Assembly (NCBI RefSeq): GCF_001457595.1
Contig: NZ_LN831039.1
Coordinates: 2,790,001 to 2,822,000, forward strand
Direction of reading: 5' to 3'
Length of the DNA: 32,000 nucleotides
From: Mycolicibacterium smegmatis
GTDB lineage: Bacteria > Actinomycetota > Actinomycetes > Mycobacteriales > Mycobacteriaceae
Position numbers and translations under genes: made by a program. Positions 1 through 9,486 of the stretch are shown one piece after another (the stretch's first letter is position 1; every line of letters begins with the position of its first letter). The notes below the pieces were generated by a model. The model was not told the origin of the DNA, made no database searches, and saw only the letters and a list, made by a program, of their open reading frames with translations.

Positions 1-195
1 CACGTGCACGGTGGCCGACGCGATGATGTACGGCCACGCCGCGGCAGGCGGCAGCCCGCCCAGCGCGATGAGCGCCGCGCCGCCGATCGCGTCGACCACA
101 CCGATCAGCGCGAAACCGACCACCCGGTCGGAGACGGCGTGCGCCAACGAATTCCAGATCGCATGCAGCAATGCTGCGAACAGCACAGCGAGCAT
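1..195 (-). CDS. N-terminal part of an EamA/DMT-like multi-TM transporter (runs off the window start)
   Basis: Reverse strand reads MLAVLFAALLHAIWNSLAHAVSDRVVGFALIGVVDAIGGAALIALGGLPPAAAWPYIIASATVHV..., hydrophobic and DMT-like; ATG at 195 with an in-frame TAG shortly upstream. Confidence 0.6.
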   Translation of the reverse strand, partial: MLAVLFAALLHAIWNSLAHAVSDRVVGFALIGVVDAIGGAALIALGGLPPAAAWPYIIASATVHV

Positions 196-351
196 GACGG
201 AAACAGACAGGCCCTCAACCTAACTGGCCGGCGCTGCCGACGCGCGGCGGGGGTGCCGGAGTGTGACGAACGCATCGTCGAGGCTGTAGTTGTCGCGCAG
301 AAATGCGAGTGGGGTGCTCGGTAACTACAGCCTCGCGTGATCTGCCCCGGC

Positions 352-1110
352 CTAACGCACCTGCGAGCGTCCCCGCTCGATCACCGAGGCGCGGCTGGCC
401 GCGATGTCGTCACCGCTCGTCGAGCGCATCCACTGCCGCGCTGCCTCGGCCTCGGCCCACAGCGCCCCACCTGTCTGCAGTGCGTCGATGCGGTGATAGG
501 AATCCAGCAGTGCGCGCACGGCCTTCTGGTTGTTGCCGACGATCGACGCGGCAACACGGCGCGCGGCGGTCAGCAGGTCGTCGTGGGCCACGACCTCGGT
601 GACCAGACCGGCACGCAGCGCATCCTGTGCCGACAGGTAGTCGCCGGTCAGGCTCATGCGCCGGGCCAGACCCACTCCGACCTTCTGGGGCAACCGCACC
701 GACAGCCCCCACGTCGGCATCAGGCCCACGCGCGCGTGGGTGTCGGCGAACTTCGCGTTCTCCGACGCGATGAGGATGTCGCAGTACAGCGCCAGCTCCA
801 GGCCGCCGGTGACGGCCGCGCCGTTGATGGCCCCGATGACAGGTTTGGTCATGTCCGGCCACTTGGGGGAGATGTCGGGCAACTCGGTGGTGTCGCCGAG
901 TTCTTTGAGATCCAGACCCGCGCAGAACACGGGGTCGGCGCCGGTGACGATCACGACGTCGACATCGTCGTCGTTCTGGGCATCGCTCAGCGCGCGGAAG
1001 AAAGTGGACCGCAGCTCCGCCGACAGCGCGTTGCGCGACTGCGGCCGGTTGAGCGTCAGCGTCCGCACGCGGTCGGTGGTGTCGACGAGGAGAACGGGGG
1101 AGTCAGCCAT
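352..1110 (-). CDS. Enoyl-CoA hydratase/isomerase family protein (EchA16-like)
   Basis: Crotonase-fold motifs (DPVFCAGLDLKEL, NGAAVTGGLELALYCDILIAS, ADTHARVGLMPTWG). Start taken at MADSPVLLV rather than the ORF-maximal 1203. Confidence 0.9.
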   Translation of the reverse strand: MADSPVLLVDTTDRVRTLTLNRPQSRNALSAELRSTFFRALSDAQNDDDVDVVIVTGADPVFCAGLDLKELGDTTELPDISPKWPDMTKPVIGAINGAAVTGGLELALYCDILIASENAKFADTHARVGLMPTWGLSVRLPQKVGVGLARRMSLTGDYLSAQDALRAGLVTEVVAHDDLLTAARRVAASIVGNNQKAVRALLDSYHRIDALQTGGALWAEAEAARQWMRSTSGDDIAASRASVIERGRSQVR

Positions 1111-1156
1111 GCCGCTCACCGTAACCGGCGAACCCAACGCGCCTATCGTGGGTTCC

Positions 1157-1423
1157 ATGTGCCGGAACATCACCGAACTGCGGGGCCTGGAGCCCGCCGC
1201 CACCGCAGAGGAAATCGAGGCCGCGGCACGTCAGTACGTGCGCAAGGTCAGCGGTATCACGCGCCCGACCGGTGACAACGTCGACGTGTTCGAAAGCGCG
1301 GTGGCCGAGGTCACCGCGACCACGACGCGGCTACTCGCGGGACTCGCGCCACGTCGTCAGCCACCGAAAACCGTTCCGCCGCTGCGTCGTCCCGAGGTTC
1401 GCGCGCGGATGGCCGCACGGTGA
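1157..1423 (+). CDS. DUF2277 family small protein
   Basis: MCRNITELRGLEPAATAEEIEAAARQYVRKVSG..., 88 aa, typical DUF2277 N-terminus; overlaps the next start (GTGA). Confidence 0.85.
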   Translation: MCRNITELRGLEPAATAEEIEAAARQYVRKVSGITRPTGDNVDVFESAVAEVTATTTRLLAGLAPRRQPPKTVPPLRRPEVRARMAAR

Positions 1424-1983
1424 GCGCAACCACGGTGCACCGGACCGCGCTCAAGGAGTGGAGCGCGGCCATCCACGCGATGCTCGACGGCCGCCAGACC
1501 GTGTTGCTGCGCAAGGGCGGCATCCACGAGAAGCGGTTCGAGGTGGCCGCGGGTGACTTCCTGCTGTTCCCGACGGTCGCGCACAGCCATGCCGAACGTG
1601 TGCGTTCCGAGCACCGCGACCTGGTGGACGCCGCGGCGACCGACAGCACCGAGGACACACTGACCATCCGCGCGGCGGCCGAGGTGGTGGCGGCCGTGCC
1701 CGTCGAGCGGCCCGAGGCGATCGACGAGATCGTCGACCTGCACATCTGGACCGCCGAATCGGTGCGCGCCGACCGGTTGGACTTCCGCCCCAAACATCGG
1801 CTGACCGTGCTGGTGGTGCAGGTCAGCCCGCTGGCCGAGCCGGTGACGTTGGTGCGCACGCCCGACTACGGAGGCTGCAAGAGCTGGGTCGACCTGCCGG
1901 TGCGGGCCGAGACCGCGGCACCTGTGCACGACGCCGGGTACCTGCGTGACATCGCGGCGCGGGTGCGGCGTTCCGTGTCCTGA
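1420..1983 (+). CDS. DUF1802-like hypothetical protein
   Basis: ALKEWSAAIHAMLDGRQTVLLRKGGIHEKRFEV...FLLFPTVAHSHAERV; translationally coupled to the upstream gene. Confidence 0.75.
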   Translation: MSATTVHRTALKEWSAAIHAMLDGRQTVLLRKGGIHEKRFEVAAGDFLLFPTVAHSHAERVRSEHRDLVDAAATDSTEDTLTIRAAAEVVAAVPVERPEAIDEIVDLHIWTAESVRADRLDFRPKHRLTVLVVQVSPLAEPVTLVRTPDYGGCKSWVDLPVRAETAAPVHDAGYLRDIAARVRRSVS

Positions 1984-2005
1984 AACGGGCTTGACGCGGG
2001 AGTTC

Positions 2006-3682
2006 TCAGGTGCGCAGGCCCAGCGGCGGTGTCGGGCCGGCGGGCAGGATCAGCCGCGAGACGCCGCCGTCGCCGTGGTGCACCGAGTGTCGCGCCTGTT
2101 TGAGGCGCGAGCCCGACAGCTGAGGTTCACCGGTGCCCAGGTTGCGCGCGAACCGCGGGTGCGAACCGCCTGCCACCAGCAGTCGGATCCTTGTGCCTGC
2201 CGCGAAACGGTGTGCCACGGCGTCGAGTTCGAGCCGCACGGTCTCGGGTGTTCCGACCTGACCGGTGCGCCGGCGGAACGCGTCGGTGACGTTGCGGGAC
2301 CGCCCCTTGGCGTCGACCTCGCTGATCCGGACGAACACGTCGTTGTGCGGGTTGTCGCAGCTGTGCACGAGTTCGACGAACGGATTGCCCACCACGTAGA
2401 GATCGGCGGGCAGGGGATCGCTCGTGAAGGTCACTACGTCGTCGCGCGCGGCGAGCTCGGAGTCGTCGCGGTAGCCGCCGTCCCGGGACAGCAGGCGCCC
2501 ACCGATCGTGGGCGTGGGCCGCGCCGGGTGGTAGGTGAACGACGACGACGGCGTCGCCGTCGGCGACGGAGCGCTGTCGGTGAGCCGCCCGGCGGGCTGC
2601 GGGAACAGTTCGCGGTCGCGGCGCGTGGGCCAGTCGGCCGGCGGCCACTCGGGCAGGTCGATCCAGCCGTGGTGGTTGACGAAGATCCGGACATGATCGC
2701 GGGAATGGCTGCCGGATGCGCCCGCGAGGTGCGTGCCCAGCCAATCGAGGGACTCGCCGATCACCGTCGAGGCACCCTTGGTCATCATCTGCGTGTGGGT
2801 CCACGGCCCGACCGTCATGGCGACGGGCACGCCGCGCCGGTGCAGTTGCGTGTACTGCTCGAGCGTCTGGTCGAGGAACAGGTCCTGCCAGCCGCTGAGC
2901 AGCAGAATGGGCACCTCGACGCGTTCGAGGGCCTGGTCGAACCGCAGCCTTTCCCAGAACGGGTCGTCGCGATCGGGATGCTCGAGCCACGACTCGAACC
3001 AGGGTGCGCCCGCGCCGAGCAGTCGACGGCCGGACGGACCGACGGGGACCCCGGCGGCGGCCTTGGCGACCTCGGCAGGCGAGCGCAACTGGCGGACCAG
3101 CGCCCGCACCACACCGGGTTCTTCCTGACGGGCCACCATCGCGCTCCACCCGAGGAAATCGTTCAAGGTGAAGGATCCGGTGCCCCAAGCCGATTGGCTG
3201 AAGTCGTGCGGGCCGACGGTGATGACGGCGGCCTTCATCTCGGGTGGGGGATCCGCGAGCAGCGCCCACTGGGTGAAACCGAGGTAGGACAGGCCCACCG
3301 TGGCGAACGATCCGGTGAACCACGGTTGGGTGCGCAACCATGCGACGGTGTCGGCGCCGTCGTCCATCTCGTGGACCATCGGGGTGAACTCGCCGCCCGA
3401 GCCGAACGTGCCGCGCACGCTCTGCAGCACCACGTGGTAGCCGCGGGCGGCGTACACCTCGGCGAAGATCGCCGAGAACGGGAACCGGCGTCCGTACGGA
3501 CCGCGCACCAGCAGTGTGCCCGCCGGGCGCGTCGTGAGCGGCTCGTAGTGGTCGGCGACCAGTTCGACACCGTCACGCATCGGCACGCGAAGTCCGTGGT
3601 GCACCGTGAAGTCGGTGCTGTGCGGTGGCAGGCCGAGCAGCTTCGCTGCGAACTTGCCGGTGTAACGGCGGATTCCAGGCAC
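2006..3682 (-). CDS. CocE/NonD family (X-Pro dipeptidyl-peptidase S15) hydrolase, Rv2800-like
   Basis: 558 aa; PMRDGVELVADHYEP, GGEFTPMVHEMDDGADTVAWLRTQPWFTGSFATVGLSYLGFTQWALL, C-terminal jelly-roll-like region; GTG start. Confidence 0.88.
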   Translation of the reverse strand: MPGIRRYTGKFAAKLLGLPPHSTDFTVHHGLRVPMRDGVELVADHYEPLTTRPAGTLLVRGPYGRRFPFSAIFAEVYAARGYHVVLQSVRGTFGSGGEFTPMVHEMDDGADTVAWLRTQPWFTGSFATVGLSYLGFTQWALLADPPPEMKAAVITVGPHDFSQSAWGTGSFTLNDFLGWSAMVARQEEPGVVRALVRQLRSPAEVAKAAAGVPVGPSGRRLLGAGAPWFESWLEHPDRDDPFWERLRFDQALERVEVPILLLSGWQDLFLDQTLEQYTQLHRRGVPVAMTVGPWTHTQMMTKGASTVIGESLDWLGTHLAGASGSHSRDHVRIFVNHHGWIDLPEWPPADWPTRRDRELFPQPAGRLTDSAPSPTATPSSSFTYHPARPTPTIGGRLLSRDGGYRDDSELAARDDVVTFTSDPLPADLYVVGNPFVELVHSCDNPHNDVFVRISEVDAKGRSRNVTDAFRRRTGQVGTPETVRLELDAVAHRFAAGTRIRLLVAGGSHPRFARNLGTGEPQLSGSRLKQARHSVHHGDGGVSRLILPAGPTPPLGLRT

Positions 3683-3718
3683 GGCACCGAGGGTACTGAC
3701 AGCTGTCAGTACTTGTGA

Positions 3719-4303
3719 TCAGAACTTGTAGTACGGCGCCAGCTCGTGGGCCCGCTGCAGGTTGGTCTGCAGGCAGTCCGGCTTGTCCGGGGAGTGGATC
3801 GGCGAGTAGAACAGCGACTGCTGGATCACGCCGTAGCTGGTGTCGAACGCGATCATGCAGGTCGTCCACCACCGGTCGTTCCAGTCGGTGGGCTTCATGA
3901 CCCAGTACTGCGCTGCGCGGTGGCCGTCGACGTCGAGCTCGAGCGCGTCGGCCGGGATGGTCTGCTCGTAGGTGCGCCACACGAACGCCTCGACCGCCAT
4001 CTGATAGTTGCCCGCGTCGTAATGACACCGCAGGCCGTCCTCGGGCATCGGCGGTGTCCACGCCAGGCCGATGCGCTCGATGACGTCGATGGGGATGTCG
4101 TTGCACGGATCGAACGGCTTGGGATCGGTGGTCTCGATCACCGGCCACTTGATCGTGGTCGACACGTTGGTCATCGGCAGGTCGGTGGCGTCCAGCCGCG
4201 GCGCGGCCGAACCCGTGCCGGCGACCGGATCGGTCTGCCACACCAGGATCACCGCCGCGACCAGCGCACACAGAGCCGACAGCAGGCGCACCCTGGCGGC
4301 CAT
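3719..4303 (-). CDS. Secreted/membrane-anchored DUF3558-like protein (Rv2799-like)
   Basis: 194 aa with N-terminal hydrophobic segment, LDATDLPMTNVSTTIKWPV...DPKPFDPCNDIP; position matches Rv2799 next to Rv2800. Confidence 0.7.
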   Translation of the reverse strand: MAARVRLLSALCALVAAVILVWQTDPVAGTGSAAPRLDATDLPMTNVSTTIKWPVIETTDPKPFDPCNDIPIDVIERIGLAWTPPMPEDGLRCHYDAGNYQMAVEAFVWRTYEQTIPADALELDVDGHRAAQYWVMKPTDWNDRWWTTCMIAFDTSYGVIQQSLFYSPIHSPDKPDCLQTNLQRAHELAPYYKF

Positions 4304-4455
4304 TCACACCCCCTCGTAGTCGAGCGATTCGTTCCCCGGCTTGCGGGGAGTGTAGCGGTCCGCCACAGCAGACTCGACCATAAACGAGAACACGTTCTAG
4401 TTGCCAGCGTCCTGCCAGGTTTCCCGCCGCGCGCGCCCGGTTAGGCTGGACGGTT

Positions 4456-5421
4456 GTGGTGACTGACCATGATTCGAGGGATCGACAGCCGGTTCTCTGG
4501 GCGATCAGCGATCTGCACACCGGTCACACCGGCAACAAGCCGGTCACCGAGTCGCTGTACCCCGCGACGCCCGACGACTGGCTGATCGTCGCGGGCGACG
4601 TCGGCGAGCGCACCGACGAGATCCGATGGGCGCTCGACCTGCTGCGGAAGCGGTTCGCGAAGGTCATCTGGGTGCCGGGCAACCACGAACTGTGGACCAC
4701 CAACAAGGACCCCATGCAGATCTTCGGCCGGGCCCGCTACGACTACCTGGTCGACATGTGCGATCAGATGGGCGTCGTCACGCCGGAGCACCCGTTCCCG
4801 GTGTGGACCGAGCAGGGCGGGCCGGCGACCATCGTGCCGATGTTCCTGCTGTACGACTACTCGTTCCTGCCCGAGGGCGCGTCGTCCAAGGCCGAGGGCC
4901 TCGCGATCGCCAAGGAACGCAACATCGTGGGCACCGACGAGTTCCTGCTGTCGTGCGAGCCGTACGCGACGCGCGACGCGTGGTGTCGCGACCGGGTGGC
5001 GCGCACCCGCAAGCGGCTCGAGGACCTCGACTGGATGACGCCGACGGTTCTGGTCAACCACTTCCCGATGGTCCGCGAACCCTGCGACGCGATGTTCTAT
5101 CCGGAGTTCTCGCTGTGGTGCGGCACCACGGCCACCGCGGACTGGCACACGCGCTACAACGCGGTCTGCTCGGTCTACGGCCACCTGCACATCCCGCGCA
5201 CCACGTGGTACGACGATGTCCGCTTCGAGGAGGTGTCGGTCGGCTATCCGCGGGAGTGGCGCCGCCGTAAGCCGTACCGCTGGCTGCGTCAGATCCTGCC
5301 CGACCCCAAGTACGCGCCTGGATACCTCAACGAGTTCGGCGGGCACTTCGAGATCACCCCGGAGATGCGGGCCAACGCACAACAGATGCAGGAGCGCATC
5401 AAATCCAGGCGAGGACTATGA
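4456..5421 (+). CDS. Metallophosphoesterase (Rv2795c-like)
   Basis: Calcineurin-like motifs ISDLHTGH, VAGDVGE, VPGNHELW, YGHLHIPRTTWYDDV; stop overlaps next start (ATGA). Confidence 0.9.
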   Translation: MVTDHDSRDRQPVLWAISDLHTGHTGNKPVTESLYPATPDDWLIVAGDVGERTDEIRWALDLLRKRFAKVIWVPGNHELWTTNKDPMQIFGRARYDYLVDMCDQMGVVTPEHPFPVWTEQGGPATIVPMFLLYDYSFLPEGASSKAEGLAIAKERNIVGTDEFLLSCEPYATRDAWCRDRVARTRKRLEDLDWMTPTVLVNHFPMVREPCDAMFYPEFSLWCGTTATADWHTRYNAVCSVYGHLHIPRTTWYDDVRFEEVSVGYPREWRRRKPYRWLRQILPDPKYAPGYLNEFGGHFEITPEMRANAQQMQERIKSRRGL

Positions 5422-6083
5422 CGGACAGCCTGCTTTCCCTGGTTCTGCCGGACCGTGTCGCCTCGGCCGAGGTGTACGACGACCCGCCCGGCCTTTCGCC
5501 GCTGCCCGAAGAGGAGCCGTTGATCGCGCGGTCGGTGGCCAAGCGGCGCAACGAGTTCGTCACGGTGCGCTACTGCGCGCGTCAGGCCCTGGGCGAGCTC
5601 GGTGTCGGCCCGGTGCCGATCCTCAAGGGCGACAAGGGCGAGCCGTGCTGGCCCGATGGTGTGGTCGGAAGTCTGACCCACTGCCAGGGCTTCCGCGGCG
5701 CGGTGGTGGGACGCTCGACCGACGTGCGTTCGGTGGGCATCGACGCCGAACCGCACGATGTACTGCCCAACGGCGTCCTCGACGCGATCACGCTTCCCAT
5801 CGAGCGCGCCGAGCTGCGCGGGTTGCCCGGTGACCTGCACTGGGATCGAATCCTGTTCTGTGCCAAGGAGGCGACGTACAAGGCGTGGTACCCGCTGACG
5901 CACCGGTGGCTGGGGTTCGAGGACGCCCACATCACGTTCGAGGTCGACGGCTCGGGAACCGCGGGATCGTTCCGATCCAGGATCCTCATCGACCCCGTGG
6001 CCGAACACGGGCCACCGCTCACCGCGCTCGACGGGCGATGGTCGGTGCGTGACGGGCTGGCCGTGACGGCGATCGTCCTGTGA
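5418..6083 (+). CDS. pptT: 4'-phosphopantetheinyl transferase
   Basis: [38 protein letters not shown] motifs; conserved position between phosphoesterase and truB. Confidence 0.92.
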   Translation: MTDSLLSLVLPDRVASAEVYDDPPGLSPLPEEEPLIARSVAKRRNEFVTVRYCARQALGELGVGPVPILKGDKGEPCWPDGVVGSLTHCQGFRGAVVGRSTDVRSVGIDAEPHDVLPNGVLDAITLPIERAELRGLPGDLHWDRILFCAKEATYKAWYPLTHRWLGFEDAHITFEVDGSGTAGSFRSRILIDPVAEHGPPLTALDGRWSVRDGLAVTAIVL

Positions 6084-6991
6084 GCGGTCAGGCGAGGAGC
6101 GGTGCAGAGCCCGGCCTGGTGATCGTCGACAAGCCTGCGGGGATGACGAGTCACGACGTCGTGGGGCGGTGCCGTCGGTTGTTCGGCACGCGCAAGGTAG
6201 GGCATGCGGGCACGCTCGATCCCATGGCGACCGGCGTGCTGGTGATCGGCATCGAACGCGCCACCAAGATCCTCGGACTGCTCACCGCGACCGACAAGTC
6301 GTACGCCGCGACCATCCGGCTGGGCCGCACGACCACCACCGAGGACGCCGAAGGTGAAGTGGTCGCCGATGTTCCGGCGCGCCACGTCACCGACGAGCAG
6401 ATCCGCGCCGCCGTGGCCGACCTGAGCGGCGACATCGAGCAGGTGCCGTCGGCGGTCAGCGCCATCAAGGTGGGCGGACAACGCGCCTACAAGCTCGCGC
6501 GCGAGGGGCAGAGCGTCGAACTAGCCGCCAGGCCCGTGCGCATCGACCGGTTCGACGTGCTCGACATCCGGCGCCCGGACGATTTCCCCGACTTCGTCGA
6601 CGTCGACGTCGAGGTGGACTGCTCGTCGGGCACCTACATCCGGGCGCTGGCCCGCGACGTCGGTGCGGCGCTCGGCGTGGGCGGGCACCTCACGGCGCTG
6701 CGCCGTACGCGCGTCGGCCGGTACGGCCTCGACGAGGCCCATACGCTCGACGAACTCGCCGAGCACCCGCAATTGAGCTACAGCCTGGACACCGCATGTC
6801 TGGTCGGCTTCCCGCGCCGGGACCTGAGTGCCGAGGAGACCGAGGACACCAGGCACGGCAGGCCGCTGCGGCCCGCAGGTATCGACGGCGTGTACGCCGC
6901 GACGGCACCCGACGGTCGTGTCATCGCACTGCTGCAGGACGGCGCCGGCCGCACCAGGAACGTCGTCGTATTGCGGCCGGCCACCCTGTAG
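6080..6991 (+). CDS. truB: tRNA pseudouridine(55) synthase TruB
   Basis: [52 protein letters not shown]; [13 protein letters not shown]. Confidence 0.97.
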   Translation: MSGQARSGAEPGLVIVDKPAGMTSHDVVGRCRRLFGTRKVGHAGTLDPMATGVLVIGIERATKILGLLTATDKSYAATIRLGRTTTTEDAEGEVVADVPARHVTDEQIRAAVADLSGDIEQVPSAVSAIKVGGQRAYKLAREGQSVELAARPVRIDRFDVLDIRRPDDFPDFVDVDVEVDCSSGTYIRALARDVGAALGVGGHLTALRRTRVGRYGLDEAHTLDELAEHPQLSYSLDTACLVGFPRRDLSAEETEDTRHGRPLRPAGIDGVYAATAPDGRVIALLQDGAGRTRNVVVLRPATL

Positions 6992-7016
6992 CCCCACCCT
7001 GTAGCCCCACCCTGTA
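6980..7016. repeat. ~3 tandem copies of a 13-bp unit (GCCCCACCCTGTA) spanning the truB stop codon
   Basis: Direct reading: gccaccctgta-gccccaccctgta-gccccaccctgta-gccg. Confidence 0.9.
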
Positions 7017-7023
7017 GCCGGGG

Positions 7024-8238
7024 TCAGATCTGGCTGTGGCGCGGCGGTTTCGTGCCCGACAGCGTGTAGCGGCCGATGTGGCGCAGTTTCCACCGGGTCG
7101 AATCATGCAGCGTGTGCGTGCGTGCGTCGCGCCAGTAACGGCTGAGATTGCCGCTCGCCGAGGCGCTTCGGGTGCCACCGAGTTCGAACAGCGCGCTCGA
7201 CGCGTCCAGTGACGCCCGCACCGCGGCCACCTTGGCGACGGCCACCGCGATGGACGCCGTCGCGGCGGTCTCGTCGGTGAGGTCGGCTCGGGCCGCATCG
7301 ACCTGGCGGGCCGCCTCGGCGAGCAGCGCCTGCGCGCTGCGCACCGTCACGGCCAGTTCGCCTGCGGCCTGCACGACCGTCGGGTCGTCGGCGACACTTG
7401 CCACCTTCGATTCGAAATGCGGCCGGGCCCTTGCCGCCTGGCGCACCCCCTCGTCGAGTGCCGCCGTCGCGATGCCGACGTCGATCGCGGTATGCAGCAA
7501 CTGCGCGCGCGACCCGTACACCGTCGGTTCGGCGAAGATCGCGGTGAACGGCACGACGTGCGCGGCGGGCACCTGCACGTTGTCGAGCGTGACCGTGCCG
7601 GACGCCGTGGTCCGCTGACCCATGCCGTCCCAGTCGTCGACGATGGTGACCCCAGCGGCATCGCGCGGCACGAACGCCACGGCCTTCGGGGTCGACGCCG
7701 TCGGCACCGTCACCGACCCGTCGGACAACGACGCACGCACCAGGATCCAGTCGGCGAACAGCGCCCCGGTCGAGTAGAACTTGCGCCCGCTCAACACATA
7801 TCCGTCACCGGCAGGCCGCAGCGTCGTGGTGTCCACATCGGTCGGGTGCGGGCCCCGTTCGGCCTGCGCGTTGGCGAACAGCGCGCCGTCGAGCACCAGG
7901 CCGTAGAAGAACGCACGCTGGGATTCGGTGCCCTGCAGCCGCAGCGCCTCGAGAAACGTGAAGTGCGAGTGCGGGATCTGGCCGATCGACGAGTCGCCGT
8001 GACTGAGCAGCCGGATCACCTCGGCGAGCACCGTCGAGGGCATGTCGATGCCGCCGTGGGCGACCGGCACGGTGATCGCGAGCAGACCGGATTCCTTGAG
8101 CGCGCGGATCTCGTCGTGCGGCAGACGCCGATCGGCGTCGCGGGCACCCGCGCCCTCGGCGAACACCGCCGACAACCGCGCCGCCTCGATCAGCGCGTCC
8201 TTGGCCGAACCGATCCGTGTGGCCGAAGTGGCCGTCAT
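7024..8238 (-). CDS. Acyl-CoA dehydrogenase-fold flavin monooxygenase (SfnB/DszC-like)
   Basis: 404 aa; LLAITVPVAHGGIDMPSTVLAEVIRLLSHGDSSIGQIPHSHFTFLEALR, FYSTGALFADWILVRA, GSRAQLLHTAIDVGIATAALDE. Confidence 0.8.
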   Translation of the reverse strand: MTATSATRIGSAKDALIEAARLSAVFAEGAGARDADRRLPHDEIRALKESGLLAITVPVAHGGIDMPSTVLAEVIRLLSHGDSSIGQIPHSHFTFLEALRLQGTESQRAFFYGLVLDGALFANAQAERGPHPTDVDTTTLRPAGDGYVLSGRKFYSTGALFADWILVRASLSDGSVTVPTASTPKAVAFVPRDAAGVTIVDDWDGMGQRTTASGTVTLDNVQVPAAHVVPFTAIFAEPTVYGSRAQLLHTAIDVGIATAALDEGVRQAARARPHFESKVASVADDPTVVQAAGELAVTVRSAQALLAEAARQVDAARADLTDETAATASIAVAVAKVAAVRASLDASSALFELGGTRSASASGNLSRYWRDARTHTLHDSTRWKLRHIGRYTLSGTKPPRHSQI

Positions 8239-8252
8239 GATGTGCCCCCCGA

Positions 8253-9422
8253 TCAGCGCGCAGCGCCGACGAACGGAATCGAGGCAGGCGCGCAGTCGAG
8301 CGCACCGGCGTCGAACAGGCCGCGCTTGCGCAGGATCGGAACAACGCCCTCGCCGAACCAGAACAGCTCCTCGAGGTGCGGGTAACCCGAGAAGATGAAC
8401 TCGTCGATACCGATCTCAGCGTACTCGGCGATCCGGTCGGCGACCTCGGTGTGGCTGCCCACCAGCGCGGTGCCCGCACCGCCGCGCACCAGGCCGACAC
8501 CGGCCCACAGGTTCGGTGCGATCTCCAGACTCCGTGCGTCGCTCCACGTTCCGTTGAGACGGTTGGCCTCGTGCAGCGCCAGCATGCGGCGCTGGCCCTC
8601 GGACTGGCTGCGGGCCAGGCCTTCCTGGGCCTTGCGCACGGTCTCCTCGTCGAGCGCGGCGACCAGCTTGTCGGCCTGCGCCCACGCCTCTTCGGAGGTG
8701 TCACGGGAGATGGTGTGCAACCGGATGCCGAAGCGCAGCTTGCGGCCCTGCTCCTCACCGAGTTTGCGGATCCACTCGATCTTCTCGCGCACGGCCTCCG
8801 GCGGTTCGCCCCAGGTGAGGTACACGTCGGAATGCCGCGCGGCGACCGGGCCCGCCGCGGCCGAGCTGCCGCCGAAGTACAACGGCGGCACCGGATTCGG
8901 GGGCGCGGCGAGCGACGCCTCCTCGACGTCGATGTACTTGCCGCGGTGGGTCACGGTCTCACCGGCCCACAACCGGCGCACGACGTCGAGGAATTCGTCG
9001 CAGCGCGCGTAGCGCTCCTCCTTGTCGAGGTGATCACCGAACGCGCGCTGCTCGTGGGCCTCGCCGCCGACGACGACGTTGAGCAGGATCCGGCCCGGCG
9101 CGTGCTTGGCGAACGTCGCGGCCATCTGCGCCGACAGCGTCGGGCTCACCAGGCCGGGACGGAAGGCCACGAGGAACGCCAGCGACGTGGTCTCGCGCGC
9201 CAGCAGCGCGGCGGTGACGAAGGCGTCCTCACACCAGGCGCCCGTGGGGATCAGTGCACCGGTGAAACCGAATCGCTCGGCCGCCCGGACGATCGACGCG
9301 AGGTAGTCGATGCTGGCCTCGCGATCGCCGCCGGCGGCGCCGAGGGGTGTGCCGTGGCCACCCCCGACGATGAGCCGGCTGTCGCCGTAGGTGGGCAGGA
9401 ACCAGTGCAATGAGACAGTCAC
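8253..9422 (-). CDS. FMNH2-dependent alkanesulfonate monooxygenase family (SsuD-like, LLM class)
   Basis: 389 aa; HWFLPTYGDSR, NVVVGGEAHEQRAFGDHLDKEERYARCDEFLDVVRRLW, PPLYFGGSSAAAGPVAARHSDVYLTWGEPP, SGYPHLEELFWFGEGVVP. Confidence 0.9.
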   Translation of the reverse strand: MTVSLHWFLPTYGDSRLIVGGGHGTPLGAAGGDREASIDYLASIVRAAERFGFTGALIPTGAWCEDAFVTAALLARETTSLAFLVAFRPGLVSPTLSAQMAATFAKHAPGRILLNVVVGGEAHEQRAFGDHLDKEERYARCDEFLDVVRRLWAGETVTHRGKYIDVEEASLAAPPNPVPPLYFGGSSAAAGPVAARHSDVYLTWGEPPEAVREKIEWIRKLGEEQGRKLRFGIRLHTISRDTSEEAWAQADKLVAALDEETVRKAQEGLARSQSEGQRRMLALHEANRLNGTWSDARSLEIAPNLWAGVGLVRGGAGTALVGSHTEVADRIAEYAEIGIDEFIFSGYPHLEELFWFGEGVVPILRKRGLFDAGALDCAPASIPFVGAAR

Positions 9423-9486
9423 AAAGAAGTCATTGTGGTTCGGCGCCGCGTCTTACGCACTGGTAAAAATCGCCGTGATTCGAACG

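Noticed and set aside
1946-3718. 590-aa plus-strand ORF over the CocE-like hydrolase
   Set aside because: Antisense of a recognised family protein; Arg/Ala/Gly-rich translation typical of spurious high-GC ORFs.
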